Shown piece by piece: positions 1 to 8,379 of a stretch of 49,885 nt of DNA. The first letter of the stretch is position 1; every line of letters starts with the position of its first letter. The position numbers and the translations under genes were made by a program. The stretch lies in IMG/VR virus record IMGVR_UViG_3300044849_000022, positions 1 through 49,885 of that record. One strand, 5' to 3'. The notes beneath the pieces are model-generated. The model was not told where the DNA came from. It searched no databases and was given only the letters and a program-made list of their open reading frames with translations. The DNA is from a virus (lineage: Duplodnaviria > Caudoviricetes).

Positions 1-89
1 TAAAACCATGGAATACATACTAACATTAACTGTTAACCGGCTATATAATCCCGGGTGTACGGTGCCTATGCTTCCTATTTTAAAGGGCC
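1..89. repeat. Direct terminal overlap, identical to 49797..49885 (circular contig closure)
   Basis: taaaaccatg...aagggcc is identical at both ends, and an ORF reads through the join. Confidence 0.95.
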
Positions 90-460
90 CTCAAGGCTGC
101 GGGAAAACAAAATTTATACAAGATCTTACCGGTAATTGGTATACCGATTTTAATTTAGTAATGAAAACATATACTAAAGATGAAATGGAGAAATTGCAAA
201 GATCCTGGATTATAGAAACCACTTTAGAAACTCGTAATTTACCGTATATCTATTACACATTAATAAACGAAGATACTTACCGTAAACCCTATCAACAACG
301 ACCAGGAACGTATAAAAGACAATGCTTTTTTATAGCTACTACGAATTTAGAAGAAATAAAAGGTGACTGGTTATTTAATGTTAAACAAGGCCCTGGCGTC
401 ATGAATAGAGATCAGATATGGGCCGAAATAATGCATTATTTTAAGGGTAGACCAGTATAA
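8..460 (+). CDS. C-terminal part of a stand-alone VapE-like P-loop domain protein (true start 49687, wraps the origin, ~189 aa)
   Basis: Walker A GPQGCGKT; YRKPY...KRQCFFIATTN and RDQIWAE motifs; colinear with the C-terminal half of 6024..8345. Confidence 0.85.
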   Translation: MEYILTLTVNRLYNPGCTVPMLPILKGPQGCGKTKFIQDLTGNWYTDFNLVMKTYTKDEMEKLQRSWIIETTLETRNLPYIYYTLINEDTYRKPYQQRPGTYKRQCFFIATTNLEEIKGDWLFNVKQGPGVMNRDQIWAEIMHYFKGRPV

Positions 461-678
461 AAAACCCTCGGTAATGTAATGTTAATGTAATTGACATCTA
501 ACTATAAAATGTTGTAAAATGTCAGAATAATAAGAAAATTACGATAAAAAGTACCAATAAAAGGGATCATGGATTTTTATAGGGGTGGCAATTCTCCCCA
601 TAAAATCATACCAGAATATATAATAAAATAATTTGATATTAGTTAAGGGGGCTTAAAACCACGGGAGAGTGATCGCAT

Positions 679-843
679 ATGGAATTTATCTGTAATGTTT
701 GCGGTGACAGAATGGAAATCATTGACAATGATTGCTGGGGGGCAACATGCCAATGTTCCAATACTCTTTGCCACCGATTGATAAAAATAATACATCAAAT
801 GGTGAAACTTAAAGAAAATAAACAGCAATTCATAAAAGTATGA
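679..843 (+). CDS. Small Cys-rich (CxxC...CxxxxC) putative zinc-binding protein, 54 aa, absent from the ORF track
   Basis: SD GGGAG; MEFICNVCGDRMEIIDNDCWGATCQCSNTLCHR...; upstream TTGACA-18-TAAAAT at 491; terminator downstream. Confidence 0.65.
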   Translation: MEFICNVCGDRMEIIDNDCWGATCQCSNTLCHRLIKIIHQMVKLKENKQQFIKV

Positions 844-851
844 GAGGAGAA

Positions 852-885
852 ATAAAAGCCATCTAATTAATTAGATGGCTTTTAT
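852..885. terminator. Bidirectional intrinsic terminator
   Basis: ataaaagccatctaa/ttagatggcttttat inverted repeat flanked by A and T runs. Confidence 0.8.
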
Positions 886-1022
886 GCTTACATTACTTAT
901 TGCTTCCAGTTATTTAAGTCAATATAAAGTTCCACCATCCATATTGACCAGACTTTAGAAACTATTGCAACTAGTTCTAAAGCAAAATATAGCGGACTAA
1001 AGCTATATTCGATTTTACCAAC
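852..1022 (-). ncRNA. Putative multi-hairpin small RNA
   Basis: Minus-strand TTGACA(1058)-18-TGnTATTAT promoter, three internal hairpins, ends at the 852-885 terminator, no credible ORF. Confidence 0.5.
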
Positions 1023-1076
1023 ATGGACATAATACCATAAAAATCTTATTTTTGTCAATGAATGTCATGTAAAAGT

Positions 1077-1164
1077 AAAAAAGTCTACATTTTTATGTAG
1101 ACTTGTCAGAATTTTTAAAATAGTAAATGAAACTAAAACCATGTTAAATTATAATTAAAAGGAC
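1077..1164 (-). ncRNA. Putative small RNA
   Basis: Extended -10 TGCTATAAT (1171-1179, minus strand); terminator aagtctacat/atgtagactt with U-run. Confidence 0.4.
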
Positions 1165-1206
1165 AATCTAATTATAGCATATATAAGGGGCGGCAAAAAC
1201 TTTAAA

Positions 1207-1403
1207 TTGACAATTCAAAATATAATTTATATAATACTGATGAGTATAGATAAGATTTAAGAGTGTAAAAAGGATCCACACAAGCGATGGATCCTTCTCA
1301 CTTACCAAATAAAAAGGATCCAATAAGGCCCACACAGCAAACAATTTATTTTACACTTTAAATGTAAAGATAAATGGGCCTAGATATTGGATCCTTTTTA
1401 TTT
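1207..1403 (+). ncRNA. Promoter-sRNA-terminator unit A
   Basis: TTGACA-17-TATAAT (1207-1235); two GGATCC-containing hairpins, the second ending in a T-run. Confidence 0.55.
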
Positions 1404-1406
1404 ATG

Positions 1407-1560
1407 TTGACTTTTAAAATTATAAAATATATAATGGCTCCAGTAGGAATTTGTAATTTTCATAAAAGATTATTTTACCTCTGAAGTAAATGTGATTTAA
1501 TTGTTGATTTTTGTTTGGTGCATACAAAAAGGGCCCGTTCGGATATTAGGGCCCTTTTTG
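1407..1560 (+). ncRNA. Promoter-sRNA-terminator unit B (antisense to early-gene leaders)
   Basis: TTGACT-17-TATAAT (1407-1435); terminator aaaaagggccc/gggcccttttt. Confidence 0.6.
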
Positions 1561-1561
1561 C

Positions 1562-1669
1562 TTGACAAAAAATCGACATACACTTATACTATAGAAATTG
1601 TTCATTGTAACATTTAAAAATATTTAACAGGATTACGCAAAAGAGGCCCTTCATACCGGGTCTTTTTTG
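1562..1669 (+). ncRNA. Promoter-sRNA-terminator unit C
   Basis: TTGACA-17-TATACT (1562-1590); terminator aaaagaggccc/gggtctttttt. Confidence 0.6.
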
Positions 1670-1670
1670 T

Positions 1671-1821
1671 TTGACTTAAAACTAATCTGGTGTTATACTG
1701 TTCTAAATATTACTTATTTAATACAATATATTTAGCTACTTGTGTTAATTTAATGATTCTTTTGGTTATATGCAGTGAAAAAAGCACCCCCATATCGGAT
1801 ATGATATGGGGGTGCTTTTTA
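1671..1821 (+). ncRNA. Promoter-sRNA-terminator unit D
   Basis: TTGACT-17-TGtTATACT (1671-1699); terminator aaaaagcaccccatatc/gatatgggggtgcttttt. Confidence 0.6.
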
Positions 1822-1861
1822 ATTTGTTATGTGATATTATAAAGACAAAATTTTTTGTCAT

Positions 1862-3253
1862 ATGGAAAGAAATAAAATGAAACTGGTTTTACACGATTAC
1901 CAAAAAAGACTATTGCAGCATATGATACGCGATGGGATCCGGATGCTATTCCTAAAAATGGGGATGGGAAAAACCCCCCTAACTTTAGCATACATCAAGT
2001 ATTACATAGATAAGGGAATGTTTAAAAAAATATTGATAATTGCCCCCTTACGTGTAGCCGAGACAACTTGGATTGATGAATGTAAAAAATGGGATCAGTT
2101 TAAAGATCTTAAAGTTGTATCATGCTGTGGATCAGCTAAAGAACGAATAGAGGCGTTTAAATCTGAAGCGGACATATACTGTATCAATAGGGAATCATGC
2201 GTGTGGATGGTTCAGAATGTTGATCTAAGTGGTTTTGATTTGTTAGTAATTGATGAATTATCCAGTTTCAAATGTGTTGGTCGTACAGAGATGATCAACA
2301 AACATGGGAAAAAGGTGTCTTACTTTGGCAGTAAGCGATTTATCGCTATTTCCCAGGTTAGACACCTTTTTAAACATGTTATCGGCTTAACCGGGACACC
2401 AATGGCCAACAGCTACTTAGAATTATTTCCCGAAACATACTTAATTGACGGGGGAACAACTTTAGGAAGTAATTTTTATCAGTACCGGAACAAATATTTT
2501 AAAGAGGGGTATTTTAACACCTGGGAGATTAAAAAAGGATCCGAAAGCAAGATCTTAAATAAAATGGACAGAATTGCGGTATCATTAAAACCGGAGGACT
2601 ATTTAAAAATGCCGGATCTAGTTCACAATGATATCTGGCTAAAACCAGATCAAGATTTTTTGGATCGGTACCAGGGAATGAAAAAATTCTGGATTGATAA
2701 TATGACCGGGATTGAAACCGAAAACGTCATAACAAAGCTGCTGCAAATGGCATCCGGATTTTTATATGATGATGAGAAAAAGATCTACTGGGTACATGAC
2801 ATGATGATAGATGCCTTAGAAGAAATTGTGGAAATTGCCGGTGATAACATCCTGGTTTTTGTTAATTTCCGGGCCGAAATTGACCGGATCCAAAAACGCT
2901 TTAAAGATGCCCGAATGCTTATTTCTCCCCAGGATCTAAAAGATTGGAATGACAGAAAAATAAAAATAGCAGTCAGCCACCCCGCGTCCACGGGGCACGG
3001 CTTAAATATACAATTAGGCGGCCACACAATTGTTTGGTATGGTTTAAATTGGTCAAGCGAATTAACCCTTCAAGCAGAGGGGCGGCTATACCGCCAGGGC
3101 CAGCCAAGCGATAAAGTTATAATCCACCGTCTGATGGTGGGCGGCACAATCCATAAGCATGTAAAAGAGCTTTTAGAAGGAAAAATAAGCCGCCAGGATG
3201 TTCTAATGGAACACGTAAAACTGTGGGAATATACCGGAAAAGGAGTAATTTAA
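1862..3253 (+). CDS. SNF2-like (SF2) phage helicase
   Basis: MGMGKT Walker A, IDELSS motif II, LTGTP motif III, GHGLNIQ, QAEGRLYRQGQ motif VI. Confidence 0.92.
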   Translation: MERNKMKLVLHDYQKRLLQHMIRDGIRMLFLKMGMGKTPLTLAYIKYYIDKGMFKKILIIAPLRVAETTWIDECKKWDQFKDLKVVSCCGSAKERIEAFKSEADIYCINRESCVWMVQNVDLSGFDLLVIDELSSFKCVGRTEMINKHGKKVSYFGSKRFIAISQVRHLFKHVIGLTGTPMANSYLELFPETYLIDGGTTLGSNFYQYRNKYFKEGYFNTWEIKKGSESKILNKMDRIAVSLKPEDYLKMPDLVHNDIWLKPDQDFLDRYQGMKKFWIDNMTGIETENVITKLLQMASGFLYDDEKKIYWVHDMMIDALEEIVEIAGDNILVFVNFRAEIDRIQKRFKDARMLISPQDLKDWNDRKIKIAVSHPASTGHGLNIQLGGHTIVWYGLNWSSELTLQAEGRLYRQGQPSDKVIIHRLMVGGTIHKHVKELLEGKISRQDVLMEHVKLWEYTGKGVI

Positions 3254-3256
3254 ATA

Positions 3257-3544
3257 ATGTTAGAGTTAGACAAATATAAGAAGGACCAACTAATGGTACA
3301 TAAAAGTATGAACTTGAATCATCCATACCAGATATGTACAGATAGTAACTTACACTATATCGGGATACAAAATTTCCCTATGAAAAATAATGAAATAATG
3401 ATTATGACAGCTTACCAATGCCATACATGCGGATTTTTTCCGATCCGGATATTGCATGTTAAAAATGCAGAAATAATCAAAGAGGAAATCTGGGGCAGTG
3501 ATTGTATCCTGGATAATGATTGTATGGTAAAAAAAGAGGAGTGA
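3257..3544 (+). CDS. Hypothetical protein (CxxC)
   Basis: SD AAGGAG; directly follows the helicase. Confidence 0.65.
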   Translation: MLELDKYKKDQLMVHKSMNLNHPYQICTDSNLHYIGIQNFPMKNNEIMIMTAYQCHTCGFFPIRILHVKNAEIIKEEIWGSDCILDNDCMVKKEE

Positions 3545-3548
3545 TGAA

Positions 3549-3788
3549 ATGTACATAGTCTACCTATTCTTATTAATAGCGGGGAGTATTATCTATTGGG
3601 CAATTGGATATCTCTTAGAAACCATAATAACCCGTGACTTAGATCAAAAAACATTTAACTATGTTAACAGTGAGGATACAAATTTTTTCTTTCAATGGTT
3701 GTGGCCTATAGCTATCCCATTCTATTACATACATAAGTTATTGTATTTCTCATTTGTTAAGCTAAAGAAATTTATATCTAGACATTAA
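3549..3788 (+). CDS. Small membrane protein
   Basis: SD GAGGAG; two hydrophobic segments, WLWP motif. Confidence 0.65.
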   Translation: MYIVYLFLLIAGSIIYWAIGYLLETIITRDLDQKTFNYVNSEDTNFFFQWLWPIAIPFYYIHKLLYFSFVKLKKFISRH

Positions 3789-3842
3789 ACAATTAAAGAT
3801 ATATACTATTTAAGAATTGATTATATAACAGTGCTTGTACAC

Positions 3843-3885
3843 AGCAACAAAAGGGATCCTTGTCTAAAGGATCCCTTTTGTTGCT
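3843..3885. terminator. Bidirectional terminator with 19-bp stem, shared by two convergent putative sRNAs
   Basis: agcaacaaaagggatcctt/aaggatcccttttgttgct. Confidence 0.85.
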
Positions 3886-4072
3886 TATTCAAAACTTTTG
3901 TGGGAAGTAAGATAAGCATCTATATTTAATAGTCAACCTACTCACGAATATAATAACACAATATTTAGCTATGGACAAACAATATTTAGTAGACACCCTT
4001 TTTAAAAACTTGCAAAAAACTATTGATTTCTAACTTTAGCGTGTTAAAATTGTTACAAAGGAGGCGATTAAT

Positions 4073-4510
4073 ACGGAAGAATATATAAAAAAATGTAAAA
4101 AATGTGGCTTAGAAAAACCAATAAATGAATTTTATAAAAGTAACTGTTCAGTGGATAATCACAGACATGAATGTAAAAAATGTCTCGATGAGCGTGTGAA
4201 AAAGCAGAAAAAGAGCAAAACAAAAGTTTGTAGACGATGCAAAGAAATAAAAGACAAAACAGAATTCAATATAAATACATTTGTATGTGATACTTGTTTT
4301 GCGGGGAGGAGGAGGGAAACAACAGAGAAAAAAATATGTTCGAAATGTAACGAAGAAAAATTTGTTGATTTTTTCCCTAAAAGAGGAAAAATTTGTTATG
4401 AATGTATACATAAAAAGAATAATAATCTTTTTATGTTCGATGATTTGAGGAGAAAATTAAAAAAAGAATATGAGGAGGAGTATAATAGTGCGAATTGCAA
4501 ACAACAATAA
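4073..4510 (+). CDS. Zinc-finger repeat protein (KxCxxCxxxK...F...CxxC x3); apparent ACG start
   Basis: SD AAGGAGG 8 nt before an in-frame ACG; the first CKKC unit lies upstream of the GTG at 4151. Confidence 0.65.
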   Translation, partial: TEEYIKKCKKCGLEKPINEFYKSNCSVDNHRHECKKCLDERVKKQKKSKTKVCRRCKEIKDKTEFNINTFVCDTCFAGRRRETTEKKICSKCNEEKFVDFFPKRGKICYECIHKKNNNLFMFDDLRRKLKKEYEEEYNSANCKQQ

Positions 4511-5294
4511 AACCGAATATCTTTTGATAGATATCACTAAAATTAAAGTAGATAATAGCTATCAGAGACTTGTAAACCAAATAAAGGTGAAAAATATAAT
4601 TTCAAATTTCAATAACAATGCCTTTGGTACGCTAACGGTTAGTAAAAGGACGGGGGATGATAACTATTATATATTGGATGGGCAGACTAGATGCACAGCA
4701 GCAGAATTAAAAAGTATTAAATTCGTTCCTTGTTGTGTAATACATGGACTAACACAGCAAGAAGAAGCAGATCTTTTTATTGAGCTAAATAATAGTTACT
4801 TAGTTAGATCGAAAGATCGATTTAAAGCAATGCTTGCAGCCGAAAATAAAAAAGCTGTAAGAATTACGGAAATATTAAATAAACACGGATTTAAGCCGAA
4901 TTTACTAAATCGCAGTAGAGATCTACTCTCAAGAAAAAAAGGGTATGTAAATAATTTCACAGCTTTATTAGAAATATGGGACACTAAGGGCGAAAAAATT
5001 CTAGACTTGGTGATGAGCATAGTCAAAGAAGCCTGGGGTTATAGTGATGGGACATTTGATCCGGATGCCGTAAAGAAAGATACTATCTATGGCATCTATA
5101 CATTTTTAACGAAATGTAGCAGGGTAGATACTAAGAGGTTAATATCTAAGCTTCGAACTATACCCGCCATAAAGCTCATACATGAGCAGAATAAGAATTT
5201 GGCCATTTATGGTAAGGGGAAGCCCTATAATTACTCTAAAGCTGTTTTAGAGCTTTACAATTATAGGGCAACAAATAAGATAGAATTCAAATAA
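4470..5294 (+). CDS. ParB/Srx-superfamily protein (DUF6551/DGQHR-like)
   Basis: VDxxYQR and ILDGQTR motifs, EEADLFIELN helix. Confidence 0.75.
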   Translation: MRRSIIVRIANNNKTEYLLIDITKIKVDNSYQRLVNQIKVKNIISNFNNNAFGTLTVSKRTGDDNYYILDGQTRCTAAELKSIKFVPCCVIHGLTQQEEADLFIELNNSYLVRSKDRFKAMLAAENKKAVRITEILNKHGFKPNLLNRSRDLLSRKKGYVNNFTALLEIWDTKGEKILDLVMSIVKEAWGYSDGTFDPDAVKKDTIYGIYTFLTKCSRVDTKRLISKLRTIPAIKLIHEQNKNLAIYGKGKPYNYSKAVLELYNYRATNKIEFK

Positions 5295-5609
5295 AAAGCT
5301 TACACAAATTCTATCTTATTTGCCCAATAAGTCAACCTTTTTAGGTTGCACTTGGAGCCGAAAACGGCTTGGCAGTTGCAAAGAAAATTTTGAAATAGAG
5401 AAGATACACGGCTAAAAATATATTAATCATTTGTAGCCAATAGAAATTTAACAACAATGAATTAATCATTAAGCAAATTTCTATTGGCTACAAAACATCG
5501 TATACAAAAAGCCCCCTATTTCAGAGGCCTACAGGGTACCACTGGTAAAATAATGTAAACCCTGTAGCATTGGTTAATAGAGAACTACAGGGTTTACATT
5601 ATTTTCAAT

Positions 5610-5768
5610 TTATTTAATTGTATTTACTAAATTATTTATCATCCCCCCATCTTGTATCATTAATAACTTCTTATTCCATTCTGGATCTTCCCTCTGATTA
5701 TTAAGTGTTCCGTTAAATATTAGCGTTTCGACTTCGTTCTTAAGATCAATGTCTAAAAAAGGCTCCAT
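5610..5768 (-). CDS. Small hypothetical protein (start MEPFL)
   Basis: SD GGAGG; TTGACA-17-TACAAT promoter at 5802-5830 on the minus strand. Confidence 0.6.
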   Translation of the reverse strand: MEPFLDIDLKNEVETLIFNGTLNNQREDPEWNKKLLMIQDGGMINNLVNTIK

Positions 5769-5807
5769 AGTTCCTCCACTTAAAATATACTTGTTGAATA
5801 TATTGTA

Positions 5808-5829
5808 TGACAAGTTAAGTAACCTGTCA
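5808..5829. promoter_or_regulatory. Operator-like palindrome copy in a divergent promoter pair
   Basis: TGACAAGTTAAGTAACCTGTCA, 2 mismatches to the 47283 consensus. Confidence 0.7.
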
Positions 5830-5924
5830 ATATCTATTCGATTGACAGGTTATGTAATACTATGGTAATATTAAAAATGTATTTCAATAATGATATTCTT
5901 TATGCTCAAAAAAATTGCTTCGAA

Positions 5925-5969
5925 CAATAAAAATAGTGGAGAACATTATGTTCTCCACTATTTTTATTT
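5925..5969. terminator. Bidirectional terminator ending the replication operon
   Basis: aataaaaatagtggagaacat/atgttctccactatttttatt. Confidence 0.85.
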
Positions 5970-6023
5970 ACTCTGGAAAGCGAAAAAGTTATATGTGAAC
6001 CCTAAAAAATACATATATAACTA

Positions 6024-8345
6024 TTATAGCATACCCGGGCGCAATCTACATCTACATGTACCATAAATATTTATTCTTTTGGTAACTTCTTTTTCCCATC
6101 CTAAAGCAGTTACGCATTTCATTATAGCGTTACTTTCCCGCCTGGATATCTTTGATGGGTTTTCTCCAAAGCATTCAGCCCAAATCTCAAGTGCGGAGAT
6201 GGTTTCTCGGATCATTAAATCTTTCATATCAATCTCGGGGTGGTCTAAAAAGTCAGTCTTACCCTTACAAAAAGCATAACGATCGTAATAGTCCATCTTA
6301 TCCCATATCTTTTTCGGGGGTATTGGTACCTCCAAAAATTCTTGAATTAAACCTATCCGTTCATCGACATCAATGTTATCACGCTCTACTAACTTAGCCA
6401 TAGTATATAGATCATCGTCTAGACTTAACTTTTCATTTTTATACAGGGTCATAACTTCGGCCCATATTTGGTCCCGGTCAAGAATTACGTCCTTATTTCT
6501 TTTGGTTACTTTTATAGTCCAGAATCTCCGGTTTTCGATATCCTGTAGATACCTATCTGAATTAGTAGTCCCGACTATAATCGATCTTCTTTTTACAAAT
6601 TCGGTATCCCGTCTATAGCTTAAGCGGCACTTGTCTTCCTGGCGGACAATAAAACTTTTTACGGTTTCAAGTTCTGCCCGTTTTAGTCCTGCCAGTTCTC
6701 CAATTTCAATGATCCAATTACCCCGAAGCTTTTCAGCCCCGGATTTCCCGTCGTGCATATCCATTAAACTAAAATCATCTGAAAACCACGGGCCGCCTAA
6801 TATGCGCCAGAATGTTGACTTACCAATATTCTGTTTGCCCTTTATAACCAGAATGTGTTGGAATTCACATCCGGGCTCATATATTCTTTTTACGGCAGCG
6901 CACAATGTTTTTCTGATAACTGCTGAGACATACGGAGTTTCGGGGGCATCAAAATATGTAGACAATAGCTTATCCACACGGGAAATGCCATCCCAATGCA
7001 AAGCTTCTAAATACTCCTTTACCGGATCGAAGAATCCTTCTGCTGCTATTTGATTTGTATGAATTTCTAAGAATTGGCGGGTCACACCTTGCATATTATG
7101 TTCCTGGCATAAATCCTTTACAACACCAATGTCATGATCTTCTTTCCAGGTTTCACCATTAATTGTCTTTTTTTGCTCTAGCTCATTGTACTTCATTATA
7201 ATATTCTCCTTTTTAAATAGTATTTTAAGATTTATCTTACTTAGTAGAGGGGTTATAATTCCCTTACTAAACTTTACGTGCTTGCTATCCCATATAATAT
7301 CATTTCCATGGGCTATTTCTTTCTTTAGTCTGGCATCATCCCGAACACCTTCTTGATCTACACACCATCTTAAAGCTTCGCTTAATCTCTTTTGGTCATT
7401 GCCAAATAGATGTATAAGGATTAAATCGAAGCTGCTGCATTGTCTGGGGTTTTCACTGTCTGGATAGGTACGGCTAGGATCCGTCTCATGATAGCTTTGG
7501 CATAGGCTGTCATCGTCTTTGATTTCTAATCCGCTGCTGCCTTGCCCCAACTTATATGTGTACCGATTTTTTCTATCAGACTTTTCATAAAAATCTGATA
7601 GAAAAATATCCACACATCTACTGATTGAATATGTCCGGCAAAAGGCCCCGATGATCCCCGGCAGCTTTAAAGGATCCGATTTCCATTTAATCGGTTTTGG
7701 TTTGGGGGTAGTTTTCTTTTCCGGATCCGCTTGGGGATCTACATCCTTAAATCCTTCCAAAAACAAAGAAGTATCCAAAAACCCACCGTCAGTGCGGTAA
7801 TCAAAGTAATATTCCTGATCCTTGGGCACACTGCCCCAATACATTAACCGGCAATGCTGGTAAGATGTAGTATCAATCATATCTTCCAGTTCCATTGCTT
7901 TTACAATCTTTTCCGATAGATAACGGTATTCGTCCTCGCCACTTGACAAAATGGTCATAAGTGGTATAATTACCCTTAACCGTGGTTTTTCTGGCTCATG
8001 TTTATGCGTGGAGTAAACACAGTAATTGACATAGATTGAGTCGAAAAAAATTTTTAATTTCTCGTAGATTTCGGCACTGCAATGGTCGAAATCTAGGGTC
8101 AACAGACTTCTATATAAAATGGAAGTCTTATTTCTTTTACCGTTTAGCTTTCCACCCACAAAACATCCTACATCCTTAATTTTTCCTTGTTGTATCTTAC
8201 CCATAGCCAAATATTCTTCCAGGGTTTCATCAGTACGTTTAAAATGTTGCTGAAATTCTTTAATCAGCTGTTCCCAGGTAAATTCTTTGTTTATCCATTC
8301 TGGGCCGCTTCTGCTATCAGCTACGGAAATAACGAATGTTCCCAT
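6024..8345 (-). CDS. Primase-helicase (N-terminal primase-like domain plus VapE P-loop helicase)
   Basis: TLDFD, YSTHKH, PRLRVIIPL; GKQNIGKST Walker A; WIIEIGEL; GTTN; NRRFW. Confidence 0.9.
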   Translation of the reverse strand: MGTFVISVADSRSGPEWINKEFTWEQLIKEFQQHFKRTDETLEEYLAMGKIQQGKIKDVGCFVGGKLNGKRNKTSILYRSLLTLDFDHCSAEIYEKLKIFFDSIYVNYCVYSTHKHEPEKPRLRVIIPLMTILSSGEDEYRYLSEKIVKAMELEDMIDTTSYQHCRLMYWGSVPKDQEYYFDYRTDGGFLDTSLFLEGFKDVDPQADPEKKTTPKPKPIKWKSDPLKLPGIIGAFCRTYSISRCVDIFLSDFYEKSDRKNRYTYKLGQGSSGLEIKDDDSLCQSYHETDPSRTYPDSENPRQCSSFDLILIHLFGNDQKRLSEALRWCVDQEGVRDDARLKKEIAHGNDIIWDSKHVKFSKGIITPLLSKINLKILFKKENIIMKYNELEQKKTINGETWKEDHDIGVVKDLCQEHNMQGVTRQFLEIHTNQIAAEGFFDPVKEYLEALHWDGISRVDKLLSTYFDAPETPYVSAVIRKTLCAAVKRIYEPGCEFQHILVIKGKQNIGKSTFWRILGGPWFSDDFSLMDMHDGKSGAEKLRGNWIIEIGELAGLKRAELETVKSFIVRQEDKCRLSYRRDTEFVKRRSIIVGTTNSDRYLQDIENRRFWTIKVTKRNKDVILDRDQIWAEVMTLYKNEKLSLDDDLYTMAKLVERDNIDVDERIGLIQEFLEVPIPPKKIWDKMDYYDRYAFCKGKTDFLDHPEIDMKDLMIRETISALEIWAECFGENPSKISRRESNAIMKCVTALGWEKEVTKRINIYGTCRCRLRPGML

Positions 8346-8379
8346 ATTTTACCTTCTTCCTGTACTATTGTAACAATAA

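Noticed and set aside
643-828. Minus-strand 61-aa ORF
   Set aside because: The opposite-strand 679..843 ORF has an SD, promoter, terminator and Cys motif
1237-1270. CTGATGAG as a hammerhead ribozyme core
   Set aside because: No stem II followed by GAAA, and it overlaps the promoter/TSS
852-1821. CRISPR or mini-CRISPR array
   Set aside because: No conserved direct repeat between units, only promoter boxes and unrelated hairpins; no cas genes
5875-5925. Short matches of other sRNAs to early genes (GAAATACATTT near 48070; TAAGA-TAAGCAT near 49084; gapped match of unit D to 47737)
   Set aside because: 11-13-nt AT-rich or heavily gapped matches are expected by chance
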